A stretch of 64,000 nucleotides of DNA from Takakia lepidozioides (lineage: Eukaryota > Plantae > Bryophyta): NCBI GenBank assembly GCA_030704615.1, contig CM060734.1, forward strand, positions 11,656,001 to 11,720,000, given 5' to 3'. The position numbers and the translations under genes were made by a program. The notes beneath the pieces were generated by a model that saw only the letters and a program-made list of their open reading frames with translations, was not told the DNA's origin and searched no databases. Of this stretch, positions 36,110-49,398 are shown one piece after another. Position 1 is the stretch's first letter; the number at the start of each line of letters is the position of its first letter.

Positions 36110-37748
36110 ATGGAGTACTACCCGGCGCCGGGAAGGAACCATTTGTTCGTGCCTGGCCCTACCAATGTACCCGAGCCGATCCTGAGGGCTATGAACAGGA
36201 GTAACGAAGACCATCGCTCTCCTGCTTTCCCGAAGCTTTCCAAATCCGTTATTGAGGATGTGAAGCAAATCTTCAAGACCAAGGATGCGCTTTCCTTCAT
36301 CTTTCCTACAACAGGTCCTTCTCGGGCCCCCTCGATTTAGTTTGAAGTAGAATCATACCTGTATAGTTCCCGTTACTGACATGACCTCGTCATGTTGATC
36401 ACAGGAACTGGAGCATGGGAGAGTGCATTGACCAATACATTGTCACCGGGGGACAAAATTATCTCTTTCGAATTAGGACAGTTTAGTCTCCTCTGGATAG
36501 ACCAGATGCAGCGCCTCAAATTCGACGTGGATGTGATAGAGTGTGAGTGGGGAACCGGTATCAACCTGGCTGTTTTGAAGCAGAAGCTATCCTCGGATTA
36601 CTCGCATGCTATCAAGGCAGTCTGTTGCGTGCACAATGAGACATCCACAGGGGTCACAAACGATATTGGCGCAGTCCGGAAGGTACTCGGTGAGCTTCAA
36701 ACAGTGCCGTGCTTATGTCTGTGCGCTGTAATTTGATTGTGAGCTGCAACACACTTATGTGGCGGGGTATTGTGCAGATGAGACCACACATCCAGCCTTG
36801 TTGCTGGTGGATGGTGTGTCATCAATTGGTGCCATTGATTTTCGCATGGATGATTGGAGAGTGGACGTTGCTTTGACTGGATCACAGAAGGCACTCTCTC
36901 TGCCTACAGGCCTGGGAATTGTATGTGCGGGGCCCAAGGCTTTGGAAGCTGCAAAAACTGCCAAATCCTGCAGAGTGTTTTTTGACTGGGCAGATTACAT
37001 GAAGTATTACAAAGCTGGCTCCTATTGGCCATACACTCCTTCAAGCCAGATGCTTTATGGTCTGCGCGCTTCCCTGGACCTCATTTTTGAGGAAGGTCTC
37101 GACAATGTCATTGCCAGGCACCATCGGCTTGCACAATCTACAAGGTATTTGGCCTTAGATTCGCATTTACAATAGTGGTAGTTTCAGCCAACGCCATGGC
37201 AGCTGCCTGATTCTCGTATTTGTATCTGTTCTCAATTCTCTGACGTCGTCACTGAAAATGCAGGGAAGCCGTGAAGGCTTGGGGTCTCAAGCTGTGTACG
37301 CAAAAGGCAGAGTGGCACAGCGATACTGTCACTGCTGTGCTTGTGCCATCTTACATTGACAGCTCAGAGATCGTGAAGCTTGCGTGGAAGAAGTTCAACC
37401 TCAGCCTTGGAGTTGGCCTGAACAAAGTTGCGGGGAAAGTGTTTCGGATTGGGCATCTTGGAAATCTGAACGAGGTGATAACCTTATTTCTCTTTTGGCT
37501 AAGCATAGAGGGTTGTAGGCGCAATCTCACCTCTAATAGTCTTTGTTGATTCTTTATCTAATTACTGTGCTAAAACATCAGAGTGTGACATATGGCTGGT
37601 TGGTTTGCAGCTCCAATTGCTTGGTGCTCTTGCAGGTGTGGAGCTGGTATTACAGGAGGTTGGTTATCCTGTTTCTTTAGGCAGTGGCGTGGCAGCAGCA
37701 GCTGCCTATCTCCAGAAAGCCACCCTGCTCATTGCTTCACGAATTTGA
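36110..37748 (+). CDS. AGT1: Serine:glyoxylate (alanine:glyoxylate) aminotransferase, peroxisomal; exons 36110-36314, 36405-36689, 36778-37144, 37264-37474, 37611-37748
   Basis: PGRNHLFVPGP, TTGTGAWESALTNTLSPGD, VHNETSTG, LVDGVSS, the PLP-lysine motif TGSQKALSLPTG, FRIGHLG, and C-terminal PTS1 -SRI*. Introns are GT-AG and in phase. Confidence 0.97.
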
Positions 37749-38999
37749 GTGTCCTTCAAGCTCTTATTGAGGGAAACCCATACACTGAGACATTGATGCT
37801 GCTTGTAAGCTCCCTTGATGGGCTGCCGGCAAGTGGAAAGGACCTAAAGAATGTAAAGTTTCCCTTACAGCATCAACAGCGATGTGATATGAGCTTTGCC
37901 AAAGGATGCAGCACTACTGGAGCGCTCGTTCCTATCTGCAGTTACCGTCAGTGATTAAACTAGTCCACTGCCCTGCATAGACTCTCAACATGTGTGTAAG
38001 ATGTGGTTTTGGTTCAGTTGCAGGTGCTTTTCACATTACAAACTTTTTATCTTGAGCCTCTTCCCTCATGCATTGTTCAAAGGGTTAAGAAGAATTGTCT
38101 CAACCTGAAGTTGCAATGTAATTTTGTTGTTGATTGGGTTTATTTCACTCCTTCCATTGTCTACCTCTAGTGAATGTTGAAGAGATGATGTGTCAAGTAC
38201 CCTGCATCTTACTGCACTGTTACTGTGTTGAATCACTGCATATTAACGGAACACCGCCAGGAATGTGAGCATAGTGTGAACCTGTCATAAGGTATCTGCA
38301 GTTGGTGATCTCACAATTGGGAATGCTGCCAGTCAATGCCTTCCTGGCCTATTCGCCCTTATCCTTCTCTACCTTGACTCTTACAACCCAATCCTATACC
38401 CTCCCTGCTAAATCCAATCCATTGAGGGTTTGGTTGATCAAGCAAGTGCGTCCTCATCAGTGTTTCCTGACGTTGTTTTTGACAGTATTCTGGCACTGAT
38501 GTTTTTGCAGATTTTAACATAGAATTCTACATCTGGTTGTCTAAAAACTAGATTTGATTATATTTTGACAGTTATCAGTTTATTCTTGACATTATCTATG
38601 ACATAATTGCTGGACAAAAAATTGTCAAATAATTAATCGTCGCGAACAGGGAGCAATTGGTGCTCTCCTGGTACTTTCTATAATCTACACTGTTCTGTTT
38701 TTGGATTCATACTCATCGTAAAATGACATTTTTCTGAAAGCTTGAGGACTCATTTTTTTCCAAGCCAGTTCTTGAGAGGAAAATAAATGCCCTTTGGGGC
38801 CCATGAAGGAAAGGGGGGAGAGAGATATGGCAAACAAGGGTTTGAATCCCAGGCCAATGCACAATAAGTCTTACCACTGGGCTAGCCCTCAGATTGTGCA
38901 TTTCTTTCCTTTTGTTAAAAAGTCTACAAATAAAAACCCAACCTTTAACTTTAAGAAATATTAAATTGAAAAAATCCAAACAGCATCAGCACGGGATCT

Positions 39000-39950
39000 C
39001 CTCCCGATAGAAGCAGGAGCTTGTCTGCCACCTTTCAAAGTGTTGGTCACTCAGAGTCTGGAGCACTTACAATACCATCATGGAACGGATGTATAACACT
39101 ATTTTTCCAGCATGCTTTCCGATGCTCCTTCGGATACACATTGGGCCAGACTTTTCTCTCTTATGCTGGGCCTAGAACAAGTGAGTGGCTCGTGGTACAA
39201 CCAACTATTGCACCCTTCCGTATGTCCTCTGAGTTGTATTTACCACATCCCTTCAAGTTACACTTGGTCTTCCACATCCCTCTGTGCTAGGACTACAATG
39301 GGGTGTTTGTCGCCATCCTATCGACTCACTCGACGTACATCTTCTTCGTTGCCCTTGCGATGGAGAGCGTACTGCGGCTCATGATGTCGTCCAGGATGCA
39401 ACAGCTGCGATTGCTCGCAATGTCGGGGTTTATGTCCTTCGAGAGCAGATACACATTCTCCCATCTCACGATCATCATTCTACTAGACGGCGGGTTGACA
39501 ATATCCTCTCTCACGACGGGCTACGTATATTGGTGGACATCGTCATCACTCATCCTACTAGGTCGGATCTCCTTCCAGGCAACCTCATCACAGGAAGTTG
39601 CTGCTTTAGTAGCTGCATAGGGAAATGAATAAGATTATTGGGAACATCACCGCAAAGACAAATTCCTCCCTTTGGCGGTCGAGATTTTCGGTTGTTTGCA
39701 TCATCAGTTCAACGATTTCCTCCGCATATGTGCCCATCGCGCAGCGGAAAACAAAAGCGTTGGAAGCTCAGACGTATATGCTTTTGTAGCCTTCTTTAGA
39801 CATCGAGTTTTTGTTGCTATACAAAAGGCTCAAGCTCTGTCTATTATATGTTGGATAGAGGTCTCCGGGGTGGCTTCATCTCACCTCCCGGCACTTCCTA
39901 AAGGCTGACCCATCCTCTTTCATGTTGTTGTCTGACCTTCTTTTGGCAGT
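39000..39950 (+). mobile_element. 3' remnant of a non-LTR retrotransposon with restriction-like endonuclease (CRE-like)
   Basis: Zn-finger C..H...HLLRC, then ERTAAHD, RRRVD and LVDIVITHP (PD-(D/E) core), and FLPLAVEIFGCLH. Stops and frameshifts are present. Confidence 0.65.
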
Positions 39951-40779
39951 AGGTAATACTAGAGTAGTTTGATTTCCTTTTGTTAATATACCTAGCTCTA
40001 TGAGATTTTGTTTCTCCTCTTGGGGACAATTTGTACAACCACCCCATTTGGATCTTTTTATAATACTGTGCAGTTGAGTTTCATGTCATAAAAAATTTGT
40101 ACATTTTTTACAAAACATTGATAGGTACGATTTGACATCGTTTTCGATAGTCTGTTGTACACTAAAATTTCATTAGTTCTTGACATTGTACAACACTAAA
40201 GATAATGCTCTAACCAAAAATGTAAAATGTACAATATGCCGAAAAAAAAAAAAAAACTCCTCCCCCACCCTAAAATCCTCTTTGTTCCTTTTGCATGATG
40301 TGATCGTGTACTGATATTAATGACTGTATGTTCAGGGTCATATGGCACTATTGTCTGAAGACTGGGACTTGTCTGGCAACATCATCTTTGGCTTTTTCTG
40401 GATAAGCCATGTTGGAGGTGTGATATGAGGAGTATCTCTCAGTAAGACATTTACTGTCATTACTTGTGCCATTCTCTAGGTTGAAGCCTATATCAAGGAT
40501 GATTGTGCCCAGATCGTATCAATGAGCCAAAGAGCTGATTGATTGAACTTAAGGAAAATAATTTGGGTTGAAGTGACAAGGCTGTTTATGAATGTGTAGG
40601 GAATGGAATTGTACCCATACTTTCAAAGTATTTTAACATCAAGGTTTTCACCAATTCTTGATTTGGGATGATGTCATGGGCCATCCTAAGTTTGCCATCA
40701 AGGAGGGCGACGATTGCCCAACAACAAACAATTGTCGTCCAGATCCAGAGACCCGGTGACTTCCACACAACGGGACTCT

Positions 40780-41075
40780 TGTGAGGCTTCCGGTGTTGTT
40801 AGATAAGGGGTTTGTACAACTGCCACACCTAAATATTTCAGAGGAACGGAGCATTCGAATGCGGCAACAATCCGTGCACGATGGGTTGGACGTGTCTCAA
40901 AAGAATGCTTTAGACAAGAAGTGGGCATCACTATTTTACGATGCCAACATACCCTTTAACGTAGCAAGACTTCATGCATTTGTAAATGTTGTCAAAACAA
41001 CCTCCGAGTCCAAATCCACGTATACACTACTTTCTTATCGTGATCTACGCACAGGATTACTGGAAGAAGCTAGGT
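40780..41075 (+). mobile_element. hAT transposase fragment (N-terminal to DUF659-type region)
   Basis: ALDKKWASLFYDANIPFNVAR...F..SY.DLRTGLLEE. Confidence 0.6.
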
Positions 41076-41230
41076 CCTCTCTTTCTCCACCCTCTCTCTC
41101 CTTGTACCATAATCAGGTTTTCCCGTTCACGTGCCATGACTCTCTTAACCTCACTACTTCGAGAAGGACCATCTGAAATATCAAGTTGGCCCTTCCTAGG
41201 ACCCTCTTCAATTAACCTTACACCTATAAA

Positions 41231-41954
41231 TGTCGCGGCCCTTTGCCTTGAGGGCAGGGGGGGTCGGGACACAAGAGGGGCTGCCCCTGTGGTGGGGGCA
41301 GTAGCAGCGATAGGTACGGGGGCTGAAGCACCCTTGAGTGCCCAAGGCACTCAAGGAGGCGGAGGCGCTCACTAGGTGGAGCCCCGCACACCGGGTTGCG
41401 GTGGGGGTGGCTCCACAAGGGGTGGTGGTAGCTTAGCGGGACTTAGTGGGGGTGGCATAGGACTCACCATGGGGTGGAGACCTCGAGGTGGGAGTCGTGG
41501 GGAGTCTTGGGACTCATCACGGTCCATTGGGGCCGCGGTGAGTGGGCCAAGACTCACCGCGACTCACCACCGGGAATCGAGGGTCTTCGTGGTGGTTCGC
41601 CATAAAATGGCATGGCTGGTTGTGAAACCCCCGCGGACAGCTACAGAAGTATATATAGGGAGTAGTAACCCCGAGAACGGTGCAAGCCCGTTGGTGACCA
41701 AAAACTAGTGAGTAAGCGAGCGAGCCGGAAAGCGACAAAGAGTGGGGAGCTGTTCCGGACTGCCAACTACCAAAGGGAATTCCCGCTGGTTCCAAATCGC
41801 TGGAGGTTCTTTGGGAGAACAAGGGGGGACCGTTATGCCCGGTGAGCAGTCGAAGCTCCAAGTTGGCCCGGCGGCCAGGTTGGGAGTCAGGCGCGCGCAT
41901 CAAAGTGAGTAACTATGACTTGAAGGGGAGCTTACCGAAGTGAGGTGCGCGACA
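41231..41954 (+). mobile_element. Solo LTR of the chromovirus family, with 5-bp TSD ATAAA
   Basis: TGTCGCGG...GCGCGACA, collinear with 5734-6459. ATAAA on both sides (41226-41230 and 41955-41959). Confidence 0.96.
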
Positions 41955-42708
41955 ATAAATGTATTTGTCAGATGAGACGTGGGTGCCAGTGTAGGCCCAA
42001 TTCCCGTCTCATTGGCAGCACTACTATAGGCCTCAAGAGAAACATGGGGTGGAAGACCCTCCTAGAAGATGGGGCTTGCATCAACAGTAGGCCCTTCGGG
42101 GAGGACCCTAGCACCAATATTGGGATCGGATGTAGAAGAAGGTAAGACATTATTAGTTTGGGGTATAGTCAAACCTTTCTTCCTTGCTAAAGCATGATAA
42201 GGATTGGCTTCAGGTCTTTTTCTCTTCTTTCCAAGTGTCTTGTCCGCATCCTTGGCCATATCTAAAATGCAATGGGCGCGATGAAGGGTGAAGCTCCGCG
42301 ATCTGCGGTGAGTGCGACATGGAGTGCAACGGCTATCTATGGCCGCCAGCATGTCTCTACCATGATTATGCATCCTTCCTAGACTCACAGGAACTCTATG
42401 ACAAGACGGCAAGGACACAGTCACATCGTCCAGTGATTGATGCAATTCCTGAAAAGAAAAAAAGACTTAGTCCTCGAGTTCTCAAGCTTTTTCCCTCTTT
42501 TTCGATGGTTTTCTCTCCTCCTTCATCCCTCTGCTTCTTTTCATCTCATTCTTGGACTCAAGTGTTGGCCTTTAAGCCCGGCCGCCAGTTAGTCTCTATC
42601 ACCCCGATATGGGATCAGCCTTAACTACCATCACTCCCCTACGGCATGCAGCCGTCTTTCTATGCGACTAACTCTAAACTCTATGACTCAACCCGGGCAG
42701 TAGCCGCA

Positions 42709-42951
42709 GGGCAGAAGCATGCTACAGTGGCTCACTTTGTGAAAAATTTGTCCAGTCTAAACTTGTCTACTTTTATTTATATCTTTTTTCATATGAACTT
42801 CAAATTAGGTGTTGCAATTTATTTTTGTTGTCAACTCAATTTGAGATCACCCAAAAGTTTCCAAACAAAGCTGTTGTGTTTTGAAGATGAAAAATGAGAG
42901 TAGATTAGAGTAGACTGGACAAAAGTGAGCCACTGTAGCATGCTTCTGCCC
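42709..42951. mobile_element. MITE with about 30-bp TIR (GGGCAGAAGCATGCTACAGTGGCTCACTTT) and 4-bp TSD CGCA; Sola-like
   Basis: Perfect inverted termini, with CGCA at 42705-42708 and 42952-42955. Confidence 0.85.
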
Positions 42952-43255
42952 CGCAAGGCGAAGTGGCTCTTCGTTACGCCGGCCTCGGCCGGAGTCTTCT
43001 CTCTCTCTCTGACTCAACCCAACAACCTTAATCACGCTCGAGGTGCTGGAGATATAACCCCCCGCAGGATCTGGCGTTTGCTCTCTGATAAGTTGTTTAG
43101 CGAGTGTACCTTGCCTTCTCTCTCCCTCCTTCGCATTATTTGGTAAGCTCGGTGATCGATTCTAATTCCATTCTAACTCTAAATTATCTGTTTAGCTCGC
43201 TTTCTCAAGTTTCCCTTCCTGCTCTTGGCCCGCTGGTTCTAGTTAGCACGGTCTC

Positions 43256-43870
43256 ATGGGTCCGAATGGATTCCAAGCATCCCATGGAGCGGCATGGAAT
43301 CGCTCGTCAGGGGTCCCGCCAGACTCCCCTCTGTCCAGCAGCGTCAGCCCTCATCAGGTACGGGTTTCTACTTGGCCCATAGAGCCCATGCTCATCATCT
43401 CCGGAAGATTGAGTAACAATTCTATGATTTTTACCCACCCACCACGGACCTCTCATGCCGATTTTCCCCTCTCTACACTCCTTCATACCCTCCCTGTCAT
43501 CGGGGAGGCTTCGGGTGTTCCTTCAGGAGAAGAGGAGGTTCAGAATAGTCCGTTGGAAAGTCAGGATGGCCCTCAAGATGTCTACAGGCTGCAGAAAGCG
43601 ATGAGTATGGACAACCCGCTAATCAAAGTGGACGTCGATAGGCTCAATAACAAAGTCTCTGACATTGAGGGAAAAATAATCCTTTTGTACTTTCTTGGCA
43701 AGAAAGTTGATAGGGCCTTCGCCAGAGATTGGGCTATCCGCCACTTGGGGAGCTCGGGAGACCTAGCCTCTTGAGCCACAATTCTGCCACTCTATGGGCA
43801 GAGGTTTTTTCTCCATCCTCTTTGAAACTAAGGAGGCGGCAAAGAAGGCTCTTGCCTTCCACTAAGCCAC
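43256..43870 (+). mobile_element. Possible LINE ORF1 5' fragment (DUF4283-like)
   Basis: IILLYFLGKK...DWAIRHLG...MGRGFF-like segment after a Pro/Ser-rich leader. Confidence 0.35.
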
Positions 43871-44079
43871 ACCTTTTGTATTTCCAACTCTCCATTTCAC
43901 TGTTTTTTGAGTCGATTGCGACATTTTGACTACAAGCGTTACCAGTAAAGTCCAGTGAAATCTGTCGAGTTGATTCAGTCACCTAGTTAAATAGGTTTCA
44001 CTAGTCCTGACACAGTGAAAACAATATATTGTGGTGGGACCCACCCTTTTGATCCAAAGAGGTATGCGTGTAGTAAAGT

Positions 44080-44220
44080 GATTTAACTACAGTATGACGT
44101 GGATGCAACGTGGACATGACGTGGAGTAAAGTGGTTTAACTGCATTATGACGTGGATGCATGATGTGTAATAAAATGGTTTTACTATAGTATGACATGGA
44201 TGCATGACGTGGATGCATAA
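44080..44220. repeat. Tandem ATGACGTGGATGC/AAAGTGGTTTAACT units (probable subterminal repeats of a DNA transposon)
   Basis: Directly visible; about 5-6 copies of TGACGTGG-like motifs. Confidence 0.55.
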
Positions 44221-44250
44221 ATATAGAAAATATACACATATATATATATA

Positions 44251-44488
44251 CTTTATTTATTTATTTATAAAAGGAGACCTAGGAGCGACTACTCACAATT
44301 CAGGCCCTTGAGGAGGGGGGGAAATTAACCCCCTTTCAGATAAGCCATTAGGCACACAGGTGGGAAACGTCACCACCAGACCAACCGGTCACAAACAATC
44401 CACACACCGCGTAGGGCAACGGGTTCGAACCCTGAACCACCTGGGCGACAAATTGTGCACTTACCAACTGAGCTACCAGCCGATGTGC
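44251..44488 (-). mobile_element. tRNA-derived SINE inserted in a (TA)n tract
   Basis: On the minus strand: A box TAGCTCAGTTGG, B box GGTTCGAACCC, a tRNA-unrelated body and a (TAAA)n tail, flanked by TA repeats. Confidence 0.8.
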
Positions 44489-44899
44489 TATATATTTAAT
44501 ATATATATATTATATATATATATATGAATTGGGGAGGCTTTTTGTTTAATTTTTGTTTTTTTGTTTTTTTGTTTACTTTTAATTTACTTTTGATTTTATT
44601 TCTATATATATGTGAATTAGTTTTATATTTAAATTTTTTGATTCGCTGCACTACATTGAAAATATATTACAAATACAAAAAAAAACATATAATACAAATA
44701 CATGGCAAGAACCAAAAACATTTGGATGGCTCAAAACTGGTTTATATCAAGAGTGTTTTGTAAAACAAGTTATGGCCACATTCTACAGATGACCAACATG
44801 AGGGCCATGTTGCCATATCCATAGATCACTACCTAAGTGAAGTCAAAAATCTGTTGTGCAACTAGGTCCAGCACTATCGTGGACATGTCAAGAGGATAT

Positions 44900-45460
44900 C
44901 AGAAATCATTTCGAGAATGAATCCAAGAATTTGTAGTTCCAGACAATGGTGGTGCCAGCTACCATGTCACCCAAAGTGACATCCACTTCCAGGGCTGCCA
45001 TGACATACATATCCACCAAGGCAGTGTTTAGAGTGACATCTAGTGGTACAATTCCAGCTTTGATGATGTCACCATGGACCTTTGTGCCCATTTTAGGGCT
45101 GCCAGGCTCACATTTGACGTAGATGTACACCAGGGGGATGTTTAGAATGACATATGGTACAATTACAGCTTTGATAATGTCACCATGAACCTCTTTGCCT
45201 CTTCTTAGGGTTGTTAGGCTCGCATATGCATATTACAAACACAAATGAACATGACCTGGTCTGGCTTCATCCCTTCCCACATCATTTGCTCTTAGGTTTC
45301 CAAAGCCTTAATCCCATACCCCTGTTGAATACCTTGCAATCATGGCACTCCAAAACACCACATATCATTCAGCCATATTGTCGAACTCTCCCTTCGCATC
45401 AGGCTTGTTGTACCCGCATTTGGCATACATGTCCACCAGGGCAGAGTTCAGAAGGACAAC
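44900..45460 (-). pseudogene. PLS-class PPR pseudogene fragments
   Basis: KVHGDIIKAGIVP...LNTALVDMY repeats with frameshifts. Confidence 0.75.
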
Positions 45461-46958
45461 TGGCATGCACTTGAGCGAGGATTCGCTTTTAACGACATCA
45501 TCCATTGTCCTCTGGAACCATGGTAAAATCACTCTCCTCCCTCCAATTTATTGTCATGTGGTTCTCAAGGGCAATGGGGAATGCTCCCACGTGAGCCTGG
45601 CCGCGTGAGCCGGTGAGCACGTGAGCCCAGCCAGGCTCACGCCACATTAGCAATGTTTCCCACGTAAAGGACCTAATTCCGTGGAAGTCACCTATTTCCG
45701 CGGAACGTAAGCCGATTGCCACGCCCTAGATTTTCCAACTTTATTTTGCGAAAAGTCTCCTCCCTCTTCAAAATTTTGTTTGTACGAGAAATCACGGGAG
45801 GTCTGTGGTATTCGAGCACGGGCGCAGGCAATTTCACAGAGTATAATGTCTGATTGCGTAATGAACACGAACGAGAATGACTTAGTTTCAACGAAGTTCA
45901 TTCCCCCTAATTCACATCCACTTTTGAATGATTGACGATTTCCAGACATACACCAGGAAATCCCTAAAGCTGCTCTGCGATATGTGTAAAAACATGGTAG
46001 TAGAACAGGGTGGCAACACTTGTAATGCAAAACACCATTTATTAAGCCAATCTTCATCAACCCCCTCAACAACCCGAGGTTCCAGAGGAACTACATCCAG
46101 ACACAGTAGCAATGTCATCTACATATATGCTAGCCTGACTGCCACGTTTTTTTTGCCAAGGCCCCCATAGAGAGGAGAACAGGCTGATTGCTGGGACAAC
46201 ACATGTGCACATGCCTCCGCGTAAACAGGCAAGTGGAAACCATGGGACGGACTTGGAGTCAAGTTGTATCCTTGAAAACCGAAGAATGTCGTCGATGATT
46301 GGTGCCGCACTCTGAAACGAACCAACCCGAATCGTGTCAGAAGTCACAATTGCGAGATTTCTAATTGAAGGAATCATTTGTATCACGGTTGGGAAAAAAA
46401 CAAAGGAATGCATTACCCGACCGCACGACAACAAACACGACTTACTAATCAGAGTCCACGTCCAGATCTTCGTCAGGGACGTCCGCCTCCTCGAAAACTG
46501 CCTTCGTGTGGGGGGCTGATATTGAGCCTGAGGTAAGCTGTTCAAGCTCGCTGTGTACAACAAAACGAAGAACAGGGCCAACAACCATACAAAATGCAAA
46601 AAACAATCTTAAAAAACAGATGCTTTCATTTCTCAAATCAAGGTTGCGTCAACACAAGGTTGATTTGCATCACCCTCCCAGAAAAAAATAAAAAATAAAA
46701 AATTAAAAATGGAATGAGTGTTGAAGTCGTATGTCTGTCGGTGTATGTCACGTCATCAATCGTGTTGTGCGCGCGTTTGCCATTTGTTGCATTTGTTCCT
46801 CAAACTCATTTGTTCATTTGCAAACACATCAAGTCACATTCAATGACATTCGAAAATCAACCTCGTGTAAACACAAGGTTGATTTCAAGCTAATCAACCT
46901 CGTATTAACACAAGGTTGATCCCTGCAGACGCCCTAAACCCTAAACCCATTTCACCTT

Positions 46959-47688
46959 CAGATAAAGCAAGCTACGGTGGCTCAGAAAAGTCCTCATTTG
47001 TAGTCCTTAAGAAGTACACAACAATTTTTGGTAAAGTTTGAAAAATGAAAATGCAATGCATTGAATGAGAAAGTCGATGGACATATAATGCAAATTCATT
47101 TTAATAAACTAATTGTGATTAGATTAAGTTGTCAAAATCCTAAGGTCAACCTTAAAGTCAACCCTAAACCATAAACCCTAGACCTCTAATTACATGAAAA
47201 AGTCCATATATTTCTTGGCGGTCCTTAATAGGCAAATATACATTTTCAATTAAAGGGAGTTTCTTTAATTCATTCATTTTCCTCATATAGATGCTTTTTA
47301 GGTTATTTAAAAGTACATGAAATTTCCATAATTAAATATTAATCTATTAGATTTGTCATTTTAGTTTCTTTAAGAAAAGTGTCTCTTTATAGTGAGTCAT
47401 TTTTTCATTTTGGTATGTACCATGAAAGAAAAAAGTCCATATCGATAACATTTGTGTATTATTGCATTTGGCCACGATTTTTTCAAAAGTCCAATACTTC
47501 CAAATATTTTATGAATTGACTGATGATGCTTTAAAGTGGGTAAGTATGTTGTAGTAAGAGTACACTATATGAGTCCCATTTGATCTTTTTCATAGAATGT
47601 AAAGAGTATGGATCAATAGAGAGTAAGTATGTACTGCAAAAATGATGTTGTTACAGTTTTACTGAGCCACCCTAGCTTGCTTTCACCT
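46959..47688. mobile_element. AT-rich non-autonomous TIR element related to the 42709 MITE
   Basis: Left end AAAGCAAGCTACGGTGGCTCAG and right end CTGAGCCACCCTAGCTTGCTTT. Both share the AAGCA.GCTAC.GTGGCTCA core with 42709-42951. Confidence 0.7.
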
Positions 47689-48354
47689 TGTGAGCGTACG
47701 CTCACACGTCAAGCTCACGCCGTAGCGTCGTTGGCAATGCAATCACACTAAAGCTCAGATAATCCAACCTCGCCTGTTGCTTCTGTTGTGGAACCATGAG
47801 TGATTCAACTGAAATAGCTCTGATTAAGATGCTATAATCATCAAGTCCATGGAGAACAGGATAACAAAATAGTTCTTGTTGTCGCATTGGCAGTATCATA
47901 TCAAAATCACTCCAAACTAGATTCACTCGACCAGCTAACTTACAGAATCCAACATGGAAATTTAGGGCCGATTGTGATAAGAGGGGAAAATAGTGTGAAA
48001 TGTGTTGAAGAAGATGCCTTCATTAGCAGTGTATGATTTTATCAATTGTGCCGCTGCTGCTGCGGCTTCCAGTTGACCATCTACCTATGCAGGTTTCTTG
48101 TAGCTATCCAGTGGTGTTGCATAGCTCAACGCTATGGCAGCCAAGTGTGGTGAGTGTGGAGCTGTGAGGGTATTAGATGCAAGTCACAGTTATCGGGAGC
48201 TCCAACTTCAAGCTCATAAGGAGGTCTAAGTGAAGAGAGATGGCTGATTTCTCTTGTATGCAAGCCAATGCATTTGTGGCTATGTTGAATTGGGGGTTTC
48301 AATCTGAAACTCCAGCGGTATAAGGGCTCTTGGAGTGGCAAGAGCGGGGCTTCC

Positions 48355-48425
48355 AACTTTTGCAAGTGCTCATTCTTAGAGCTGTACACACTGAAGTCAT
48401 CTAAGAACACTTGCATGAAATCATC
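48355..48425 (-). mobile_element. Short Gypsy RT fragment
   Basis: DFMQVFLDDFSVYSSKNEHLQKL. Confidence 0.55.
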
Positions 48426-48667
48426 CCTACTGCGGTTAGTGCAGGGGGTCCGTGGTCGTACATGGTGGCTATGATCACTATCTAAGTCCTACCGGCAAAG
48501 AGAAATCACGTACTCCTCTTCACAGGGCGAGTTTGCATTTCTAAGTCCCTACGGTATCCTACAATCTATTCAGTAACTGCCTTCCAAGTCTTTGTGTTTT
48601 ATTGTCTAATTCCTATCGCCTAGGCCCCCGAGCCGCCTATAGCCGGGACATGTTTTAATCCCTTCAC

Positions 48668-49398
48668 GACTTTAGTGAGGCTATGGTCACTATCACATCT
48701 TGTGGCTACCTGGACTTAGAGGGACCTAAGCACCAGCTAGGGGGGCAATTGTGGTGGACTAGTGACTACCATAGTGGGCAGCATAGTGGTAGCCTAGTGA
48801 CTGACTAGTGGCAGCCTAGTGGTTGGACTAGTGGCTGGACTAGTAGTATACTAGTGTGTGGTGTGCACATGTGTTGTGTCGTTTTGGACAACGATGTAGT
48901 TATGTAGTGATATATATGCGCATGACAGCTGTCAAGTTATTTCACCACTAGTGTGAAACTAGCTAGGAAATAGCTAGCTTTTACATATTGACATTTGGGA
49001 TTGGCCCAAGTGTCAATCCAGGGGTCAAGGCAGATTTAAGCCTTGGAGTGGTTATCTTCACGGCAAAAAGAGGCTCATCTTTCTCGAGTTGATTCTCACT
49101 GCGCCTAGTTATGGCGTCGTAGTGTGGATTCTCCATGGCATGGGGTGCACTTGGCTTGATTTGTATTTGAGTGATGAGGTTACATATGCATGAGTTTATG
49201 CTTCAGCTTTGTGAGCTCGCATGAGCTTGTGCTTGTATTCTTCTTCTTTATCATTGTGGTGGACTAGTGATTACCATAGTGGGCAGCATAGTGGTAGACT
49301 AGTGGCTGGACTAGTAGTATACTAGTGTATGGTGTGCAAATGTGTTGTGTGGTTTTGGACAACAATGTAGTTGTGTAGCGATATGTATGCGCACGACA
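48668..49398 (+). mobile_element. 3' fragment (3'UTR-PPT-A-B-A) of the DNMT/PHD Gypsy family, abutting a PPR gene
   Basis: Matches 32927-33554. A1 is 48750-48927, B is 48928-49254, A2 is 49255-49398. Followed directly by ACTGCCCTGGTGGAC (TALVD). Confidence 0.88.

Noticed and set aside
44400-44488. Functional tRNA gene
   Set aside because: It has A and B boxes but no convincing acceptor or anticodon stems, and it continues into a body and A-rich tail typical of a SINE.
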